From NCBI GenBank assembly GCA_020062205.1, contig JAGUWT010000284.1:1-43668 (forward strand): a stretch of 43,668 nt of DNA, read 5' to 3'. Positions 40,511 to 43,668 of this stretch are shown piece by piece. Within the stretch, counting starts at the first letter, position 1. Each line of letters begins with the position of its first letter. Under the pieces are notes generated by a model. The model worked only from the letters and a program-made list of their open reading frames with translations. It did not search any database and was not told where the DNA came from. The translations under genes were made by a program, and so were the position numbers. Source of the DNA: Thermodesulfovibrionales bacterium (GTDB taxonomy: Bacteria > Nitrospirota > Thermodesulfovibrionia > Thermodesulfovibrionales > SM23-35).

Positions 40511-41842
40511 ATGAAACCTCTCATCAGAAATATCCTGTTGCCCTTCCATGAATATCTCAAAGGACACATGACGCTCAAAATGCTTAAAGACCTTGAAAGA
40601 ACGCAATGGCTTACGACCGAAGAATTAAGACAATTACAGAGACAAAAATATAAAGCCATTGTTGCATTTGTTCAGGAAAATGTCCCTTTCTACAGAGATT
40701 TGTTGGCATCACAATCAGATGGTGTCCAATTCCCTTACCTGAGGAAAAACGATATCCGAAACAATTTCAAGAGGATGTGTTCAGAAAAGGCGAATGGACT
40801 CGTTCGATCCAATACAGGCGGTTCTACGGGAGAACCATTGATATTCTATCTTGGTAAAAGGCGCATTAGTGCAGATGTAGCTGCAAAGATAAGAGCTACG
40901 AAGTGGTGGGGCGTTGATATCGGTGACAAAGAAGTGGTTATCTGGGGATCACCAGTTGAATTTACAAAGCAGGATAGAATACGGACGTTCAGGGACTGGC
41001 TCTTCAGGACAAGGCTCCTCTCCGCCTTTGATATGACAGAGGAGACAATGTTTGAATATCTAAATTTTATGAGAGAATTTAAGCCACTCCATGTATTCGG
41101 TTATCCAAGTTCAATACACGTGCTGTGTAAATATGCACGGAAAAAAAATATCAGGCTCGATGACATAGGTGTAAAGGTAGTTTTTTGTACTGCTGAAAGG
41201 CTCTATGATGATCAACGAGAGTTTATTTCCGAGGTATTTTCAGCACCTGTTGCCAATGGCTATGGAGGAAGAGATTCTGGGTTCATTGCCCATGAATGTC
41301 CTGAAGGGAGAATGCATATCACCGATGAGAACATTATGGTAGAAATTGTTGTCAGCACCGGAAATATTTTGCAACCAGGAGAGACAGGAGAGATTGTCAT
41401 AACCCATCTTGAATCTCATGATTTCCCCTTTATCAGGTATAAAACCGGTGACATCGGAGCGCTATCTGATGAAACGTGTCCATGCGGGAGAGGACTGAGC
41501 GTTTTGAAAGCAATTGAAGGAAGGGGTACTGACTTTATCGTTACTCCTAAAGGTAAGATAATGCATGGGCTTTCACTTATATATGTAGTTAGAGATACAG
41601 AAGGGATTGAGGAGTTCAAAATAGTTCAGGAAGACTACGACAAGATTAACCTCTTTCTCTCAGTCAATGAGAAATTTTCAGAGAAACATGCCTTGGGAAT
41701 AAAAAAGGGTTTTTCAAAGAGACTGGGCGCAGATGTAAACATTACCATTCATTATGTAGATAAAATCTCTCACGAGAAATCTGGAAAATATCGATATGTT
41801 GAGTCACATGTACAACAGCCATATGCCCAAATCCATAGGTAA
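40511..41842 (+). CDS. phenylacetate-CoA ligase / CapK-like adenylate-forming enzyme
   Basis: Motifs SNTGGSTGEPLIFY, GYPSS, IRYKTGDIG, GRGTDFIV and a C-terminal SGKYRYV. Confidence 0.8.
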   Translation: MKPLIRNILLPFHEYLKGHMTLKMLKDLERTQWLTTEELRQLQRQKYKAIVAFVQENVPFYRDLLASQSDGVQFPYLRKNDIRNNFKRMCSEKANGLVRSNTGGSTGEPLIFYLGKRRISADVAAKIRATKWWGVDIGDKEVVIWGSPVEFTKQDRIRTFRDWLFRTRLLSAFDMTEETMFEYLNFMREFKPLHVFGYPSSIHVLCKYARKKNIRLDDIGVKVVFCTAERLYDDQREFISEVFSAPVANGYGGRDSGFIAHECPEGRMHITDENIMVEIVVSTGNILQPGETGEIVITHLESHDFPFIRYKTGDIGALSDETCPCGRGLSVLKAIEGRGTDFIVTPKGKIMHGLSLIYVVRDTEGIEEFKIVQEDYDKINLFLSVNEKFSEKHALGIKKGFSKRLGADVNITIHYVDKISHEKSGKYRYVESHVQQPYAQIHR

Positions 41843-41864
41843 ACAGCATAAAACTTGATATACC

Positions 41865-41999
41865 TGTCATTGCGAGCACCCGAAGGGTGCGTGGCAATCT
41901 CATCGAAAACAACGAGATTGCGGAGCTTGTTCCGAACGAAGTGAGGAATCCTGCTCCGGTTTGCTTCGGCTTCGCCTCGCAACTTCACTCGCAATGACA
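41865..41999. repeat. palindromic intergenic element (TGTCATT...AATGACA family), copy 3, 135 nt
   Basis: The termini tgtcattgcgag and ctcgcaatgaca are perfect reverse complements. Internal hairpins: gcaccc-gaa-gggtgc and gcaatctc (41893-41900) / gagattgc (41913-41920). Confidence 0.75.
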
Positions 42000-42067
42000 A
42001 GTTTTATCGCTGGATTTAAAATATGAATAACGTAGTTAATAAAGAGATGTGCCAGGAGAATATATAA

Positions 42068-42922
42068 ATGCCAACGACAAAAGCTCTTCCCTATTATAAA
42101 TTTGTTTTCCTATCACTCTTGGTGTTTGTTTTATATTTTCCTGAGCTTAGTGTCATGGTGAGTGATTGGGCAGATAAAAAAGAATACTCACACGGTTTCC
42201 TCATACCCCTCATATCTGGTTATATCATATGGACCAAGAGAGAAACCTTCCGTAAATCACCTGTTATGCCTGATTTGAAAGGGATTTTCATACTTTTACT
42301 GGGAATTGCCTTATTGATGCTTGGGCATGTTGCATTTGAACCTTATACACGACGATTTTCTTTCATCATAACCATTTTGGGACTCATATACCTTCTCTGC
42401 GGGAGCAGGATAGTTAAGATACTGCTGTTTCCATTAGGATACCTCATTTTTATGATCCCGCTGCCCTATGTCATCATAAAAACCATAGCAGTCAGTCTCA
42501 GGCTTGTTAGTGCAAAAGTTACATACACTATTCTTAAATTTTCCGGCATACCAATATGGCGAGAAGGTGTCAATTTAGAACTACCCAATATAAGTCTTGT
42601 GGTAGCTGACCTTTGCACCGGAATACTATCACTCGTTGCCATAACAGCATTGTCTGTTCTCTACGCATACTTTACACAGAGAAATTTGATAAGCAGGTTA
42701 GCCCTCGTTTTTCTGTCTATCCCTATTGCCATTTTAAGTAATATGTTCAGACTTATCATAACTGTTGGACTTGCTTATTTTTATGGTGGAAAGATTCTGG
42801 GAAATGTTATCCATCAATTTCATGGTACTGTCAACTTCCTTCTCACCATATTCTTGCTTATTCTTATAAGCGGTCTTATTCGAAAGGTAGATCTTGCCTT
42901 GAGTAAGAGGAAATCACCATGA
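42068..42922 (+). CDS. exosortase (EpsH/Xrt family transpeptidase)
   Basis: RBS aggag. Motifs DWADKKEYSHGFLIPLISGYIIW, VVADLCTGILSL (Cys), SNMFRLII (Arg) and HQFHGTVNF (His). About 8 TM segments. Confidence 0.9.
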   Translation: MPTTKALPYYKFVFLSLLVFVLYFPELSVMVSDWADKKEYSHGFLIPLISGYIIWTKRETFRKSPVMPDLKGIFILLLGIALLMLGHVAFEPYTRRFSFIITILGLIYLLCGSRIVKILLFPLGYLIFMIPLPYVIIKTIAVSLRLVSAKVTYTILKFSGIPIWREGVNLELPNISLVVADLCTGILSLVAITALSVLYAYFTQRNLISRLALVFLSIPIAILSNMFRLIITVGLAYFYGGKILGNVIHQFHGTVNFLLTIFLLILISGLIRKVDLALSKRKSP

Positions 42923-43557
42923 AGAAGGACGATATCTATTATCTCATTGCATGCGCAATCTTGATTCTCGCAAGCATCTCCATTAAGGGTTATAGTCACG
43001 AAGTAAGGGTTCCCTTGCCACAGGCGATTGATGGTATCCCAAGAGAATTCGGTGAATTTATCGGCATAAATGAACATCCCTCTGATAGAAACTACCTCGA
43101 CTCATCAGCAGATCAATGGATTTTCCGGATTTATAACCAAAGGGGAAGTGATAAACCAATACGTGTTTTTGTTGGATACTGGGAAAGTCAGAATGAACAA
43201 AAGAGGGTCACTCCTCCACGGTATACAGCTGAAGGATGGGAATATTACTGGATCAAAACAAAACCTCTTTCATTAGGGACAGACGCTTTTGTGAGTGTGA
43301 AAGAATTTCTCAACGAAAAAGGACAAGAAAAAGAACTGGTCTATTACTGTTATATTGTTGATGGTAAGATCGTTTTAGATGAATATCAGCTCAGACTGCT
43401 CAACGTTGTAAATTTATTGTTGTACCGAAAAAGCAATGCAGCCCTTGTGAGGTTATCAGTGTCTGTTACAACCGATTTTCCGGTGGAGAATGCAGAGGTT
43501 TTGGGAGAGAAATTTTTAAAGGAATTCTTACCGCTTCTCAAAAAATATCTCTCATAG
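42919..43557 (+). CDS. EpsI family (exosortase-associated) protein
   Basis: ATGA overlap with the exosortase stop. N-terminal anchor helix. IRVFVGYWESQNEQKRVTPP is typical of the EpsI domain. Confidence 0.7.
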   Translation: MKKDDIYYLIACAILILASISIKGYSHEVRVPLPQAIDGIPREFGEFIGINEHPSDRNYLDSSADQWIFRIYNQRGSDKPIRVFVGYWESQNEQKRVTPPRYTAEGWEYYWIKTKPLSLGTDAFVSVKEFLNEKGQEKELVYYCYIVDGKIVLDEYQLRLLNVVNLLLYRKSNAALVRLSVSVTTDFPVENAEVLGEKFLKEFLPLLKKYLS

Positions 43558-43580
43558 CTAATTAAGGCATAAAAAAGGCG

Positions 43581-43657
43581 ATTCACCACAGAGGACACAG
43601 AGAAAGGCACTGATAAATATAAGAGAAAAAGAAATTTCTCTGTGCACTCATTGAGTG
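43581..43657. repeat. CACAGAG-type short repeat arms forming a hairpin at the window end
   Basis: Left sequence is attcaccacagaggacacagagaaa. cacagagaaa (43596-43605) is a perfect inverted repeat of tttctctgtg (43635-43644). A further small palindrome, cactca-t-tgagtg, lies at 43645-43657. Confidence 0.6.
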
Positions 43658-43668
43658 AGGACAATAAA

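Noticed and set aside
41770-42000. A 76-aa minus-strand ORF between the PaaK-like gene and the exosortase gene.
   Set aside because: It is generated by the 135-nt palindromic element (the ..GARNDR type of translation). It overlaps the end of the PaaK-like gene on the opposite strand.

Overview
All about 34 credible genes in this 43.7-kb window lie on the + strand. Together they form a tightly packed exopolysaccharide locus of the exosortase (PEP-CTERM-type) kind. I found no rRNA, tRNA or CRISPR.

Gene content:
- a polysaccharide pyruvyl transferase, two extended-SDR epimerase/dehydratases and WecB
- five GT2 glycosyltransferases, four GT4 glycosyltransferases and one divergent GT-B-like ORF
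- a CE4 deacetylase, a Wzy/O-antigen-ligase-like membrane protein and CysC
- two AsnB-family enzymes, one of which lacks the Cys nucleophile
- an amino-acid dehydrogenase next to a D-2-hydroxyacid dehydrogenase
- a VanZ-like membrane protein, a 943-aa secreted protein and a PaaK/CapK-like adenylating enzyme
- exosortase plus EpsI at the 3' end

Things that stand out:
1. A single-module NRPS (T-E-C-A-T-TE) with a translationally coupled Sfp-type PPTase sits inside the polysaccharide operon. My hand-derived A-domain code is DAFWLGGTFK, which is Val-like. The NRPS starts with a carrier domain that has no cognate A domain. It is also split by a +1 frameshift in an ATATATA tract.
2. Decayed gene remnants bracket the NRPS/PPTase block. 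On the left is an internally deleted paralogue of the 943-aa protein. On the right is the 3' end of an AsnB paralogue. This points to insertion or replacement within a duplicated block.
3. An imperfectly palindromic element with 9-nt periodicity and GTTCRA/TCGAAC cores is inserted in frame in two unrelated enzymes, a GT2 and AsnB. This resembles Rickettsia palindromic elements.
4. Two four-helix-bundle (23S rRNA intervening-sequence family) genes each sit in a cassette bounded by inverted arrays of 7- or 8-nt tandem repeats. The arms could form a dsRNA stem of roughly 25-40 bp, the way rRNA IVSs do. Empty versions of the same architecture and solo arms occur at other gene junctions.
5. A family of 85-135-nt palindromic intergenic elements has TGTCATT...AATGACA termini.
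6. An AT-rich three-gene module (Cys-less AsnB-like, Glu/Leu/Phe/Val dehydrogenase, 2-hydroxyacid dehydrogenase with a Gln-His pair) may supply or attach an amino or hydroxy acid.

Every family call comes from motif recognition by eye. No searches were run.
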